Source: Macrostomum lignano (taxonomy: Eukaryota). From it: a stretch of 64,000 nucleotides of DNA. The stretch spans positions 124,001 through 188,000 of the forward strand of contig NIVC01000646.1 of NCBI GenBank assembly GCA_002269645.1, read 5' to 3'. This document shows positions 24,451 to 52,400 of this stretch, piece by piece. The position numbers were made by a program, and so were the translations under genes. How positions within the stretch are numbered: position 1 is the stretch's first letter; each line of letters begins with the position of its first letter. The notes beneath the pieces were generated by a model that did no database searches, was not told the origin of the DNA, and saw only the letters and a program-made list of their open reading frames with translations.

Positions 24451-25185
24451 AGGAATAGAAGAGGCCAGTATCAAGCGAGATGGATTAATTGAAAAATTGT
24501 TGGTGACACCTGAGCCACTAATCGGGACTTAATAGCAGAGAAATATAATTAGCCAGAGCCATAATTGCATTTCCTGCCTATGATGCAGCATCTCTGCCAG
24601 GTAGAATTTGCGCCCCCTAGTAAAGCGAAACCCCTATGGGGAAAAGTTAACTGATGAGCTGGCTAATTCGTTGAGCACAGACACGAGGAGCCGAAAATGT
24701 TGTCAGTAAAACAATAAATTTGGCAGAACATACCTATATTAGCTGTGCTAAGCAATTCTTAGTCTGATTAGGATATCATAGTATTAGTTTAAGCTGGCCA
24801 CTTATAATTTCATTACTAAATATCATTAGAATACTAAATTTTTTTGCTTCTTTAAATCTTGTTCCTATTGTGCCAGACCCTGGGGCATCATCCTCTTCTC
24901 ATTGTACTAGATATATTCATCTGTGTGTATTATAATGTATGAGCTATATCTTCAATATTCAACTGCATTTTGTTGCCACACTGGGGGGGGGGGGGGGGGT
25001 GAGTGGCAGTTTTTTAGCAGGGCCGGGCAGGCAGTTGGCATCAGAGCTGCTCTGTTAGACAATTAAAACCAGAGGCACAAAAAACTGGATCAGCAGACCG
25101 CGGGTTCCGCGTGGTAGCAATTGGCGGGGAGCTGGCGACTATGATCTGCTAGCCTGCGCTGTTTCAGTCACGGAATGGAGCTCTG

Positions 25186-25858
25186 TCACTCATGACCTCA
25201 CCCATGAACTCACTCATGAACTCACTGATGATCTCACTCATGACCTTACTCATGAACTCACTGATGGTCTCACTTATGACCTCACCCATGACCTTACTTA
25301 TGAACTCACTCATGATCTCACTCATGACCTCACCCATGAACTCACCCATGACCTCACTCATGAACTCACTCATGAACTCACTCATGAGCTCACTCATGAA
25401 CTCACTTATGAACTCACTCATGAACTCACTCATGAACTCACTCATGTTCTCACTCATGAACTCACTCATACCCATACTCATGAATTCACTCATGGCCTCA
25501 CTTATGAACTCACTCATGAACTCACTCATGAGCTCACTCATGAACTCGCTTATGAACTCACTCATGAACTCACTCATGAGCTCACTCATGAACTCACTCA
25601 TGAGCTCACTCTTGAACTCACTCATGAGCTCACTCATGAACTCACTCATGAGCTCACTCTTGAACTCACTCATGCACTCACTCATGAGCTCAGTCTTGAA
25701 CTCACTCATGAACTCACTCATGAACTCACTCATGAACTCACTCATGAACTCACTCATGAACTCACTCATGAACTCACTCATGAACTCACTCATGTTCTCA
25801 CTCATGAACTCTCTCATGAACTCACTCATGAACTCACTCATGAACTCACTCGTGAACT
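25186..25858. repeat. 12-bp minisatellite (CATGAACTCACT), ~55 copies
   Basis: Visible tandem array. Confidence 0.97.
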
Positions 25859-26525
25859 AAGTCACGTTAAACCCTATCTAATGTTAATCTTTTTATGCTC
25901 CAAATTTTAATTCTTCGTGCAGTCGTCACTAGTTGCTCCCCCCCTCATCACTCACCACCAGCCCAGCCTCATGCAACTGATGGCTTCCCTCCCATCAGCC
26001 CCCATCCGCCTGTCCAGCCCAGGTGTGAGTTTCTCAGCTCCCACCCCTGGAACAAGCCTGGACTTGGCAAACACTTCCACAGCTCTTTTCAAATGCAGAC
26101 TGGGACACCAGCAGACTTATGCTCCGGTGTCCACTCCGTAAGAGCAGGCACATTTTCAGACAACTGTAGGCTTGCAAACTGTCAAACTACAGTCAGCCTA
26201 AAGTTGTCTAAAATGGCCATTTCAAGGGAAGAAATTGCTTCTCCCATACCGAACACCCCGGGTCGAGTCGCACGCAATCTAGCAGCTACATGCAAGAGCT
26301 CAAGCTCACTTTCTCGCCTCCACTCTCGCCGCCATGCTTCAAGTCGCCGCTTGACTGCTGGGCGAAGCTGATGAAGCGGCGGGGAGGGCGAGACTGCTCT
26401 GTTGATTTTAGCCACCCAAAGTGCTCAGTAGTTGCCAAGCCGGGCAGGTGGAAGGGCGGTGAAGTTTGACTTTGGAATCTTGAAAGAGAATCAGTATTTT
26501 GTACTTTTGTACAGAGCTTTATAAT

Positions 26526-27225
26526 CCCATGTCAGACTATCCAGTGTCAGACAATCCCATGCCAACCAATTCAATGTCAGATAATCTCATGCCAGATAAT
26601 CTCATGCCAGATAATTCCATGCCAGATAATCTCATGCCAGATAATCTCAAGCCAGATAATCCCATCCCAGATAATTCCATGCCAGATAATCTCATGCCAG
26701 ATAATCTCAAGCCAGATAATCCCATGCCAGATAATCTCAAGCCAGATAATCCCATGCCAGATAATCTCATGCCAGATAATCTCATGTCAGATAATCTCAA
26801 GCTAGATAATCTCATGCCAGATAATCTCAAGCCAGATAATCTCGTGCCAGATAATCTCATGCTAGATAATCTCATGTCAGATAATCCCATATCAAATAAT
26901 CTTATGCCAGATAATCTCATGCCAGATAATCTCATGCCAGATAATCTCAAGCCAGATAATCTCATGCCAGATAATCTCATGCCAGATAATCTCATGCCAG
27001 ATAATCTCATGCCAGATAATCTCATGCCAAGATAATCTCATGCCAGATAATCTCATGCCAGATAATCTCATGCCAGATAATCTCATGCCAGATAATCCCA
27101 TATCAAATAATCTCATGCCAGATAATCTAATGTCAGATAATCCCATATTAAATAATCTCATGCCAGATAATCCCATATCAAATAATCTCATGCCAGATAA
27201 TCTCATGCCAGGATAATCTCATGCC
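26526..27225. repeat. 15-bp minisatellite (CCAGATAATCTCATG)
   Basis: Visible tandem array, ~46 copies. Confidence 0.97.
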
Positions 27226-27867
27226 AGAATTCATAGACTGAAACAATTAGAATCAGCCATGGCAACTGTTTCCAAGCTAGAAAAACCCATCTTGCTATTT
27301 TCTTCTGACAATTTGTCCCAGATGTTTCCACACCCTGTTTCTCAGTGAGAAGGCTTCAATGCGCGCTCTGGAGGCTACTGCTGGCCGGGAGCTGTCAGAT
27401 TTTTAAAGATGGCGGATCTGGAAGAGGAGAGCGGAACAAGTGGCCGAAAGTCCGCTGAAGTCGATTTATTGATTTCCTCTCGGCATGCGAACACATTTAT
27501 ATTTGTTTATAAGACCCAGCCGCAAGGGGATTCGAAGTGGGTCTCCATATCCACTTTCCTCGAGTCTGCCTGGCTGCAGGATTTGGATAGGGATTAATAA
27601 ATATATATATATAATGCTAGCCGTGTACAACTGACTCAAGACAGTCCATCCATGCTCCCCAGTGTGGGATTACTTCATGTAATAGGAAGAAAATGCGTTT
27701 TTTACATACGCCTCCCGCCCTTTGGGTGCCATATTAATCAGCGGCTCTTTGTCGCCATGGGCTGAATGCGAAATTCAGCCATGAATTGGCGGTGAATGAA
27801 TCGAATGTATCGTCGGATTTATGCTGCCTATGGAGAAACAAAAACTCTTACGCTGATAATTTGATAT

Positions 27868-28575
27868 CCCCTGTCTGATAACCCCCTGTCCGATAATCCC
27901 CTGTCCGATAATCCCCTGTCCGATAATCCCCTGTCCGATAGTCCCCTGTCCGATAATCCCCTGTCGATAGTCCCCTGTCCGATAATCCCCTGTCCGATAA
28001 TCCCCTGTCCGATAATCCCCTGTCCGATAATCCCCTGTCCGATAATCCCCTGTCCGATAATCCCCTGTCCGATAATCCCCTGTCCGATAATCCCCTGTCC
28101 GATAATCCCCTGTCCGATAGTCCCCTGTCCGATAATCCCCTGTCCGATAGTCCCCTGTCCGATAATCCCCTGTCCGATAATCCCCTGTCCGATAGTCTCC
28201 TGTCCGATAATCCCCTGTCCGATAATCCCCTGTCCGATAATCCCCTGTCCGATAATCCCCTGTCCGATAATCCCCTGTCCGATAATCCCCTGTCCGATAA
28301 TCCCCAGTCCGATAATCCCCTGTCCGATAATCCCCTGTCCGATAATCCCCTGTCCGATAATCCCCTGTCCGATAATCCCCTGTCCGATAATCCCCTGTCC
28401 GATAATCCCCTGTCCGATAATCCCCTGTCCGATAATCCCCTGTCCGATAATCCCCTGTCCGATAGTCCCCTGTCCGATAATCCCCTGTCCGATAATCCCC
28501 TGTCCGATAATCCCCTGTCCGATAATCCCCTGTCCGATAATCCCCTGTCCGATAATTACCCGTCTCTGTCAGATA
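27868..28575. repeat. 15-bp minisatellite (CCGATAATCCCCTGT)
   Basis: Visible tandem array, ~46 copies. Shares a GATAATCYC core with 26526-27225. Confidence 0.97.
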
Positions 28576-28690
28576 ATCCCCATTATGATAATTCATTGTC
28601 AAACAGTTCCTTGTGAGCCAATAATCCACAGTCTTTACGGCAAGCCAGCCTGATTATCTCGAGTGCAATTATTTTGCCGCCAATCTCCAG

Positions 28691-40395
<11,705 letters not shown>

Positions 40396-40423
40396 GTGAG
40401 TGCCTCAGACTGCGCCTTCATCA

Positions 40424-43400
40424 GACAATGACCCACAGACTGCAATCAGACAATGACCCACAGACTGCAATCAGACAATGACCCACAGACTGCAATCAGA
40501 CAATGACCCACGGTCTGCAATCAGACAATGACCCACAGTCTGCAATCAGACAATGACCCACAGACTGCAATCAGACAATGACCCACAGTCTGCAATCAGA
40601 CAATGACCCACAGACTGCAATCAAACAATGACCCACGGTCTGCAATCAGACAATGACCCACAGTCTGCAATCAGACAATGACCCACAGACTGCAATCAGA
40701 CAATGACCCACGGTCTGCAATCAGACAATGACCCACAGTCTGCAATCAGACAATGACCCACTGACTGCAATCAGACAATGACCCACAGTCTGCAATCAGA
40801 CAATGAATGACTCACAGTCTGCAATCAGACAATGACCCACAGTCTGCAATCAGACAATGACCCACAGTCTCAATCAGATAATGACCCACAGACTGCAATC
40901 AGACAATGACCCACAGTCTGCAATCAGACAATGAATGACTCACAGTCTGCAATCAGACAATGACCCACAGTCTGCAATCAGACAATGACCCACAGTCTGC
41001 AATCAGACAATGACCCACAGTCTGCAATCAGACAATGACCCACAGACTGCAATCAGACAATGACCCACAGTCTGCAATCAGACAATGACCCACAGACTGC
41101 AATCAGACAATGACCCACAGACTGCAATCAGACAATGACCCACAGACTGCAATCAGACAATGACCCACAGTCTGCAATCAGACAATGACCCACAGTCTGC
41201 AATCAGACAATGACCCACAGACTGCAATCAGACAATGACCCACAGACTGCAATCAGACAATGACCCACAGACTGCAATCAGACAATGACCCACAGTCTGC
41301 AATCAGACAATGACCCACAGACTGCAATCAGACAATGACCCACAGACTGCAATCAGACAATGACCCACAGTCTGCAATCAGACAATGACCCACAGACTGC
41401 AATCAGACAATGACCCACAGTCTGCAATCAGACAATGACCCACAGACTGCAATCAGACAATGACCCACAGTCTGCAATCAGACAATGACCCACAGTCTGC
41501 AATCAGACAATGACCCACAGACTGCAATCAGACAATGAATGACCACAGTCTGCAATCAGACAATGACCCACAGACTGCAATCAGACAATGACCCACAGTC
41601 TGCAATCAGACAATGACCCACAGTCTGCAATCAGACAATGACCCACAGACTGCAATCAGACAATGACCCACAGTCTGCAATCAGACAATGACCCACAGAC
41701 TGCAATCAGACAATGACCCACAGACTGCAATCAGACAATGACCCACAGTCTGCAATCAGACAATGACCCACAGACTGCAATCAGACAATGACCCACAGAC
41801 TGCAATCAGACAATGACCCACAGTCTGCAATCAGACAATGACCCACAGACTGCAATCAGACAATGACCCACAGTCTGCAATCAGACAATGACCCACAGTC
41901 TGCAATCAGACAATGACCCACAGTCTGCAATCAGACAATGACCCACAGACTGCAATCAGACAATGACCCACAGTCTGCAATCAGACAATGAATGACCACA
42001 GTCTGCAATCAGACAATGACCCACAGTCTGCAATCAGACAATGACCCACAGTCTGCAATCAGACAATGACCCACAGACTGCAATCAGACAATGACCCACA
42101 GTCTGCAATCAGACAATGAATGACACAGTCTGCAATCAGACAATGACCCACAGTCTGCAATCAGACAATGACCCACAGTCTGCAATCAGACAATGACCCA
42201 CAGTCTGCAATCAGACAATGACCCACAGACTGCAATCAGACAATGACCCACAGTCTGCAATCAGACAATGACCCACAGACTGCAATCAGACAATGACCCA
42301 CAGACTGCAATCAGACAATGACCCACAGACTGCAATCAGACAATGACCCACAGTCTGCAATCAGACAATGACCCACAGTCTGCAATCAGACAATGACCCA
42401 CAGACTGCAATCAGACAATGACCCACAGACTGCAATCAGACAATGACCCACAGACTGCAATCAGACAATGACCCACAGTCTGCAATCAGACAATGACCCA
42501 CAGACTGCAATCAGACAATGACCCACAGTCTGCAATCAGACAATGACCCACAGACTGCAATCAGACAATGACCACAGACTGCAATCAGACAATGACCCAC
42601 AGTCTGCAATCAGACAATGACCCACAGACTGCAATCAGACAATGACCCACAGTCTGCAATCAGACAATGACCCACAGTCTGCAATCAGACAATGACCCAC
42701 AGTCTGCAATCAGACAATGACCCACAGTCTGCAATCAGACAATGAATGACTCACAGTCTGCAATCAGACAATGAATGACTCACAGTCTGCAATCAGACAA
42801 TGACCCACAGTCTGCAATCAGACAATGAATGACTCACAGTCTGCAATCAGACAATGACCCACAGACTGCAATCAGACAATGACCCACAGTCTGCAATCAG
42901 ACAATGAATGATCACAGTCTGCAATCAGACAATGACACAGTCTGCAATCAGACAATGACCCACAGACTGCAATCAGACAATGACCCACAGACTGCAATCA
43001 GACAATGACCCACAGTCTGCAATCAGACAATGACCCACAGACTGCAATCAGACAATGACCCACAGACTGCAATCAGACAATGACCCACAGTCTGCAATCA
43101 GACAATGACCCACAGACTGCAATCAGACAATGACCCACAGTCTGCAATCAGACAATGAATGACTCACAGTCTGCAATCAGACAATGACCCACAGACTGCA
43201 ATCAGACAATGAATGACTCACAGTCTGCAATCAGACAATGACCCACAGACTGCAATCAGACAATGACCCACAGTCTGCAATCAGACAATGACCCACAGTC
43301 TGCAATCAGACAATGACCCACAGACTGCAATCAGACAATGACCCACAGTCTGCAATCAGACAATGACCCACAGACTGCAATCAGACAATGACCCACAGAC

Positions 43401-46400
43401 TGCAATCAGACAATGACCCACAGTCTGCAATCAGACAATGACCCACAGACTGCAATCAGACAATGACCCACAGACTGCAATCAGACAATGACCCACAGTC
43501 TGCAATCAGACAATGACCCACAGACTGCAATCAGACAATGACCCACAGTCTGCAATCAGACAATGACCCACAGTCTGCAATCAGACAATGACCCACAGTC
43601 TGCAATCAGACAATGACCCACAGACTGCAATCAGACAATGACCACAGTCTGCAATCAGACAATGACCCACAACTGCAATCAGACAATGACCCACAGTCTG
43701 CAATCAGACAATGACCCACAGTCTGCAATCAGACAATGACCCACAGACTGCAATCAGACAATGACCCACAGTCTGCAATCAGACAATGACCCACAGACTG
43801 CAATCAGACAATGACCCACAGTCTGCAATCAGACAATGAATGACCACAGTCTGCAATCAGACAATGACCCACAGTCTGCAATCAGACAATGACCCACTGA
43901 CTGCAATCAGACAATGACCCACAGTCTGCAATCAGACAATGACCCACAGACTGCAATCAGACAATGACCCACGGTCTGCAATCAGACAATGACCCACAGT
44001 CTGCAATCAGACAATGACCCACAGTCTGCAATCAGACAATGACCCACAGACTGCAATCAGACAATGACCCACAGTCTGCAATCAGACAATGACCCACAGA
44101 CTGCAATCAACAATGACCCACAGTCTGCAATCAGACAATGACCCACAGTCTGCAATCAGACAATGACCCACAGACTGCAATCAGACAATGACCCACAGTC
44201 TGCAATCAGACAATGAATGACCACAGTCTGCAATCAGACAATGACCCACAGACTGCAATCAGACAATGACCCACAGTCTGCAATCAGACAATGACCCACA
44301 GACTGCAATCAGACAATGACCCACACTGCAATCAGACAATGACCCACAGACTGCAATCAGACAATGACCCACAGACTGCAATCAGACAATGAATGACTCA
44401 CAGTCTGCAATCAGACAATGACCCACAGTCTGCAATCAGACAATGAATGACTCACAGTCTGCAATCAGACAATGACCCACAGACTGCAATCAGACAATGA
44501 CCCACAGTCTGCAATCAGACAATGACCCACAGACTGCAATCAGACAATGACCCACAGTCTGCAATCAGACAATGAATGATCACAGTCTGCAATCAGACAA
44601 TGACCCACAGACTGCAATCAGACAATGACCCACAGACTGCAATCAGACAATGACCCACAGACTGCAATCAGACAATGACCCACAGTCTGCAATCAGACAA
44701 TGACCCACAGACTGCAATCAGACAATGACCACAGACTGCAATCAGACAATGACCCACAGACTGCAATCTGACAATGAATGACCACAGTCTGCAATCAGAC
44801 AATGACCCACAGTCTGCAATCAGACAATGAATGACTCACAGTCTGCAATCAGACAATGAATGAATCACAGTTTGCAATCAGACAATGACCCACAGACTGC
44901 AATCAGACAATGACCCACAGACTGCAATCAGACAATGACCCACAGACTGCAATCAGACAATGAATGACTCACAGTCTGCAATCAGACAATGAATGAATCA
45001 CAGTTTGCAATCAGACAATGACCCACAGACTGCAATCAGACAATGACCCACAGACTGCAATCAGACAATGACCCACAGACTGCAATCAGACAATGACCCA
45101 CAGTCTGCAATCAGACAATGACCCACAGACTGCAATCAGACAATGACCACAGACTGCAATCAGACAATGACCCACAGACTGCAATCTGACAATGAATGAC
45201 TCACAGTCTGCAATCAGACAATGACCCACAGTCTGCAATCAGACAATGAATGACCACAGTCTGCAATCAGACAATGAATGACTCACAGTCTGCAATCAGA
45301 CAATGACCCACAGTCTGCAATCAGACAATGAATGACTCACAGTCTGCAATCAGACAATGAATGACTCACAGTCTGCAATCAGACAATGACCCACAGTCTG
45401 CAATCAGACAATGAATGACCACAGTCTGCAATCAGACAATGACCCACAGACTGCAATCAGACAATGACCCACAGTCTGCAATCAGACAATGAATGATCAC
45501 AGTCTGCAATCAGACAATGACCCACAGTCTGCAATCAGACAATGACCCACAGACTGCAATCAGACAATGACCCACAGTCTGCAATCAGACAATGACCCAC
45601 AGTCTGCAATCAGACAATGACCCACAGACTGCAATCAGACAATGACCCACAGTCTGCAATCAGACAATGACCCACAGACTGCAATCAGACAATGACCCAC
45701 AGTCTGCAATCAGACAATGACCCACAGTCTGCAATCAGACAATGACCCACAGACTGCAATCAGACAATGAATGACCACAGTCTGCAATCAGACAATGACC
45801 CACAGACTGCAATCAGACAATGACCCACAGTCTGCAATCAGACAATGACCCACAGTCTGCAATCAGACAATGACCCACAGACTGCAATCAGACAATGACC
45901 CACAGTCTGCAATCAGACAATGACCCACAGACTGCAATCAGACAATGACCCACAGACTGCAATCAGACAATGACCCACAGTCTGCAATCAGACAATGACC
46001 CACAGACTGCAATCAGACAATGACCCACAGACTGCAATCAGACAATGACCCACAGTCTGCAATCAGACAATGACCCACAGACTGCAATCAGACAATGACC
46101 CACAGTCTGCAATCAGACAATGACCCACAGTCTGCAATCAGACAATGACCCACAGTCTGCAATCAGACAATGACCCACAGACTGCAATCAGACAATGACC
46201 CACAGTCTGCAATCAGACAATGACCCACAGACTGCAATCAGACAATGACCCACAGTCTGCAATCAGACAATGACCCACAGTCTGCAATCAGACAATGACC
46301 CACAGACTGCAATCAGACAATGACCCACAGTCTGCAATCAGACAATGACCCACAGACTGCAATCAGACAATGACCCACAGTCTGCAATCAGACAATGAAT

Positions 46401-49400
46401 GACCACAGTCTGCAATCAGACAATGACCCACAGTCTGCAATCAGACAATGACCCACAGACTGCAATCAGACAATGACCCACAGTCTGCAATCAGACAATG
46501 ACCCACAGACTGCAATCAGACAATGACCCACAGTCTGCAATCAGACAATGACCCACAGACTGCAATCAGACAATGACCCACAGTCTGCAATCAGACAATG
46601 ACCCACAGTCTGCAATCAGACAATGACCCACAGACTGCAATCAGACAATGACCCACAGTCTGCAATCAGACAATGACCCACAGACTGCAATCAGACAATG
46701 ACCCACAGTCTGCAATCAGACAATGACCCACAGACTGCAATCAGACAATGACCCACAGACTGCAATCAGACAATGACCCACAGTCTGCAATCAGACAATG
46801 ACCCACAGACTGCAATCAGACAATGACCCACAGTCTGCAATCAGACAATGACCCACAGTCTGCAATCAGACAATGACCCACAGACTGCAATCAGACAATG
46901 ACCCACAGTCTGCAATCAGACAATGACCCACAGACTGCAATCAGACAATGACCCACAGACTGCAATCAGACAATGACCCACAGACTGCAATCAGACAATG
47001 ACCCACAGTCTGCAATCAGACAATGAATGACCCACAGTCTGCAATCAGACAATGACCCACAGTCTGCAATCAGACAATGACCCACAGTCTGCAATCAGAC
47101 AATGACCCACAGTCTGCAATCAGACAATGACCCACAGACTGCAATCAGACAATGACCCACAGTCTGCAATCAGACAATGACCCACAGACTGCAATCAGAC
47201 AATGACCCACAGACTGCAATCAGACAATGACCCACAGACTGCAATCAGACAATGACCCACAGTCTGCAATCAGACAATGACCCACAGTCTGCAATCAGAC
47301 AATGACCCACAGACTGCAATCAGACAATGACCCACAGTCTGCAATCAGACAATGACCCACAGACTGCAATCAGACAATGACCCACAGACTGCAATCAGAC
47401 AATGACCCACAGTCTGCAATCAGACAATGACCCACAGACTGCAATCAGACAATGACCCACAGACTGCAATCAGACAATGACCCACAGTCTGCAATCAGAC
47501 AATGACCCACAGACTGCAATCAGACAATGACCCACAGTCTGCAATCAGACAATGACCCACAGTCTGCAATCAGACAATGACCCACAGTCTGCAATCAGAC
47601 AATGACCCACAGACTGCAATCAGACAATGACCCACAGTCTGCAATCAGACAATGACCCACAGACTGCAATCAGACAATGACCCACAGTCTGCAATCAGAC
47701 AATGACCCACAGTCTGCAATCAGACAATGACCCACAGACTGCAATCAGACAATGACCCACAGTCTGCAATCAGACAATGACCCACAGTCTGCAATCAGAC
47801 AATGACCCACAGTCTGCAATCAGACAATGACCCACAGTCTGCAATCAGACAATGACCCACAGACTGCAATCAGACAATGACCCACAGTCTGCAATCAGAC
47901 AATGAATGACCACAGTCTGCAATCAGACAATGACCCACAGACTGCAATCAGACAATGACCCACAGTCTGCAATCAGACAATGACCCACAGACTGCAATCA
48001 GACAATGACCCACAGTCTGCAATCAGACAATGAATGACACAGTCTGCAATCAGACAATGACCCACAGACTGCAATCAGACAATGACCCACAGACTGCAAT
48101 CAGACAATGACCCACAGACTGCAATCAGACAATGACCCACAGTCTGCAATCAGACAATGACCCACAGTCTGCAATCAGACAATGACCACAGACTGCAATC
48201 AGACAATGACCCACAGACTGCAATCAGACAATGACCACAGTCTGCAATCAGACAATGACCCACAGTCTGCAATCAGACAATGAATGACCCACAGTCTGCA
48301 ATCAGACAATGAATGACCACAGTCTGCAATCAGACAATGACCCACAGTCTGCAATCAGACAATGAATGACCACAGTCTGCAATCAGACAATGAATGACCA
48401 CAGTCTGCAATCAGACAATGACCCACAGTCTGCAATCAGACAATGAATGACCACAGTCTGCAATCAGACAATGACCCACAGACTGCAATCAGACAATGAC
48501 CCACAGTCTGCAATCAGACAATGAATGATCACAGTCTGCAATCAGACAATGACCCACAGTCTGCAATCAGACAATGACCCACAGACTGCAATCAGACAAT
48601 GACCCACAGACTGCAATCAGACAATGACCCACAGTCTGCAATCAGACAATGACCCACAGACTGCAATCAGACAATGACCCACAGACTGCAATCAGACAAT
48701 GACCCACAGTCTGCAATCAGACAATGACCCACAGACTGCAATCAGACAATGACCCACAGTCTGCAATCAGACAATGACCCACAGTCTGCAATCAGACAAT
48801 GACCCACAGACTGCAATCAGACAATGAATGACCACAGTCTGCAATCAGACAATGACCCACAGACTGCAATCAGACAATGACCCACAGTCTGCAATCAGAC
48901 AATGACCCACAGTCTGCAATCAGACAATGACCCACAGACTGCAATCAGACAATGACCCACAGTCTGCAATCAGACAATGACCCACAGACTGCAATCAGAC
49001 AATGACCCACAGACTGCAATCAGACAATGACCCACAGTCTGCAATCAGACAATGACCCACAGACTGCAATCAGACAATGACCCACAGACTGCAATCAGAC
49101 AATGACCCACAGTCTGCAATCAGACAATGACCCACAGACTGCAATCAGACAATGACCCACAGTCTGCAATCAGACAATGACCCACAGTCTGCAATCAGAC
49201 AATGACCCACAGTCTGCAATCAGACAATGACCCACAGACTGCAATCAGACAATGACCCACAGTCTGCAATCAGACAATGACCCACAGACTGCAATCAGAC
49301 AATGACCCACAGTCTGCAATCAGACAATGACCCACAGTCTGCAATCAGACAATGACCCACAGACTGCAATCAGACAATGACCCACAGTCTGCAATCAGAC

Positions 49401-52400
49401 AATGACCCACAGACTGCAATCAGACAATGACCCACAGTCTGCAATCAGACAATGAATGACCACAGTCTGCAATCAGACAATGACCCACAGACTGCAATCA
49501 GACAATGACCCACAGTCTGCAATCAGACAATGACCCACAGACTGCAATCAGACAATGACCCACACTGCAATCAGACAATGACCCACAGACTGCAATCAGA
49601 CAATGACCCACAGACTGCAATCAGACAATGAATGACCACAGTCTGCAATCAGACAATGACCCACAGTCTGCAATCAGACAATGAATGACCACAGTCTGCA
49701 ATCAGACAATGACCCACAGTCTGCAATCAGACAATGACCCACAGACTGCAATCAGACAATGACCCACAGTCTGCAATCAGACAATGAATGACACAGTCTG
49801 CAATCAGACAATGACCCACAGACTGCAATCAGACAATGACCCACAGACTGCAATCAGACAATGACCCACAGACTGCAATCAGACAATGACCCACAGTCTG
49901 CAATCAGACAATGACCCACAGACTGCAATCAGACAATGACCACAGACTGCAATCAGACAATGACCCACAGACTGCAATCAGACAATGAATGACCACAGTC
50001 TGCAATCAGACAATGACCCACAGTCTGCAATCAGACAATGAATGACCACAGTCTGCAATCAGACAATGAATGATCACAGTCTGCAATCAGACAATGACCC
50101 ACAGACTGCAATCAGACAATGACCCACAGACTGCAATCAGACAATGACCCACAGTCTGCAATCAGACAATGAATGATCACAGTCTGCAATCAGACAATGA
50201 CCCACAGACTGCAATCAGACAATGACACAGACTGCAATCAGACAATGACCCACAGACTGCAATCAGACAATGACCCACAGTCTGCAATCAGACAATGACC
50301 CACAGACTGCAATCAGACAATGACCACAGACTGCAATCAGACAATGACCCACAGACTGCAATCAGACAATGAATGACCACAGTCTGCAATCAGACAATGA
50401 CCCACAGTCTGCAATCAGACAATGAATGACCACAGTCTGCAATCAGACAATGAATGACCACAGTCTGCAATCAGACAATGACCCACAGTCTGCAATCAGA
50501 CAATGAATGACCACAGTCTGCAATCAGACAATGAATGACCACAGTCTGCAATCAGACAATGACCCACAGTCTGCAATCAGACAATGAATGACTCACAGTC
50601 TGCAATCAGACAATGACCCACAGACTGCAATCAGACAATGACCCACAGTCTGCAATCAGACAATGAATGATCACAGTCTGCAATCAGACAATGACACAGT
50701 CTGCAATCAGACAATGACCCACAGACTGCAATCAGACAATGACCCACAGTCTGCAATCAGACAATGACCCACAGTCTGCAATCAGACAATGACCCACAGA
50801 CTGCAATCAGACAATGACCCACAGTCTGCAATCAGACAATGACCCACAGACTGCAATCAGACAATGACCCACAGTCTGCAATCAGACAATGACCCACAGT
50901 CTGCAATCAGACAATGACCCACAGACTGCAATCAGACAATGAATGACCACAGTCTGCAATCAGACAATGACCCACAGACTGCAATCAGACAATGACCCAC
51001 AGTCTGCAATCAGACAATGACCCACAGTCTGCAATCAGACAATGACCCACAGACTGCAATCAGACAATGACCCACAGTCTGCAATCAGACAATGACCCAC
51101 AGACTGCAATCAGACAATGACCCACAGACTGCAATCAGACAATGACCCACAGTCTGCAATCAGACAATGACCCACAGTCTGCAATCAGACAATGACCCAC
51201 AGACTGCAATCAGACAATGACCCACAGTCTGCAATCAGACAATGACCCACAGACTGCAATCAGACAATGACCCACAGTCTGCAATCAGACAATGACCCAC
51301 AGTCTGCAATCAGACAATGACCCACAGTCTGCAATCAGACAATGACCCACAGACTGCAATCAGACAATGACCCACAGTCTGCAATCAGACAATGACCCAC
51401 AGACTGCAATCAGACAATGACCCACAGTCTGCAATCAGACAATGACCCACAGTCTGCAATCAGACAATGACCACAGACTGCAATCAGACAATGACCCACA
51501 GTCTGCAATCAGACAATGACCCACAGACTGCAATCAGACAATGACCCACAGTCTGCAATCAGACAATGACCCACAGACTGCAATCAGACAATGACCCACA
51601 GTCTGCAATCAGACAATGACCCACAGACTGCAATCAGACAATGACCCACAGTCTGCAATCAGACAATGAATGACCACAGTCTGCAATCAGACAATGACCC
51701 ACAGTCTGCAATCAGACAATGACCCACAGACTGCAATCAGACAATGACCCACAGTCTGCAATCAGACAATGACCCACAGACTGCAATCAGACAATGACCC
51801 ACAGTCTGCAATCAGACAATGACCCACAGTCTGCAATCAGACAATGACCCACAGTCTGCAATCAGACAATGACCCACAGACTGCAATCAGACAATGACCA
51901 CAGTCTGCAATCAGACAATGACCCACAGACTGCAATCAGACAATGACCCACAGTCTGCAATCAGACAATGACCCACAGACTGCAATCAGACAATGACCCA
52001 CAGACTGCAATCAGACAATGACCCACAGTCTGCAATCAGACAATGACCCACAGACTGCAATCAGACAATGACCCACAGTCTGCAATCAGACAATGACCCA
52101 CAGACTGCAATCAGACAATGACCCACAGTCTGCAATCAGACAATGACCCACAGTCTGCAATCAGACAATGACCCACAGACTGCAATCAGACAATGAATGA
52201 CCACAGTCTGCAATCAGACAATGACCCACAGACTGCAATCAGACAATGACCCACAGTCTGCAATCAGACAATGACCCACAGTCTGCAATCAGACAATGAC
52301 CCACAGACTGCAATCAGACAATGACCCACAGTCTGCAATCAGACAATGACCCACAGACTGCAATCAGACAATGACCCACAGACTGCAATCAGACAATGAC

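Noticed and set aside
26182-26415. - strand ORF with GTATGG/GTGAGC donor-like sites
   Set aside because: No phase-compatible open downstream exon could be shown nearby.
25164-28629. MSEF, MPDNL, MRLSG and TGDYR repeat ORFs
   Set aside because: Products of the 12-bp and 15-bp minisatellites.
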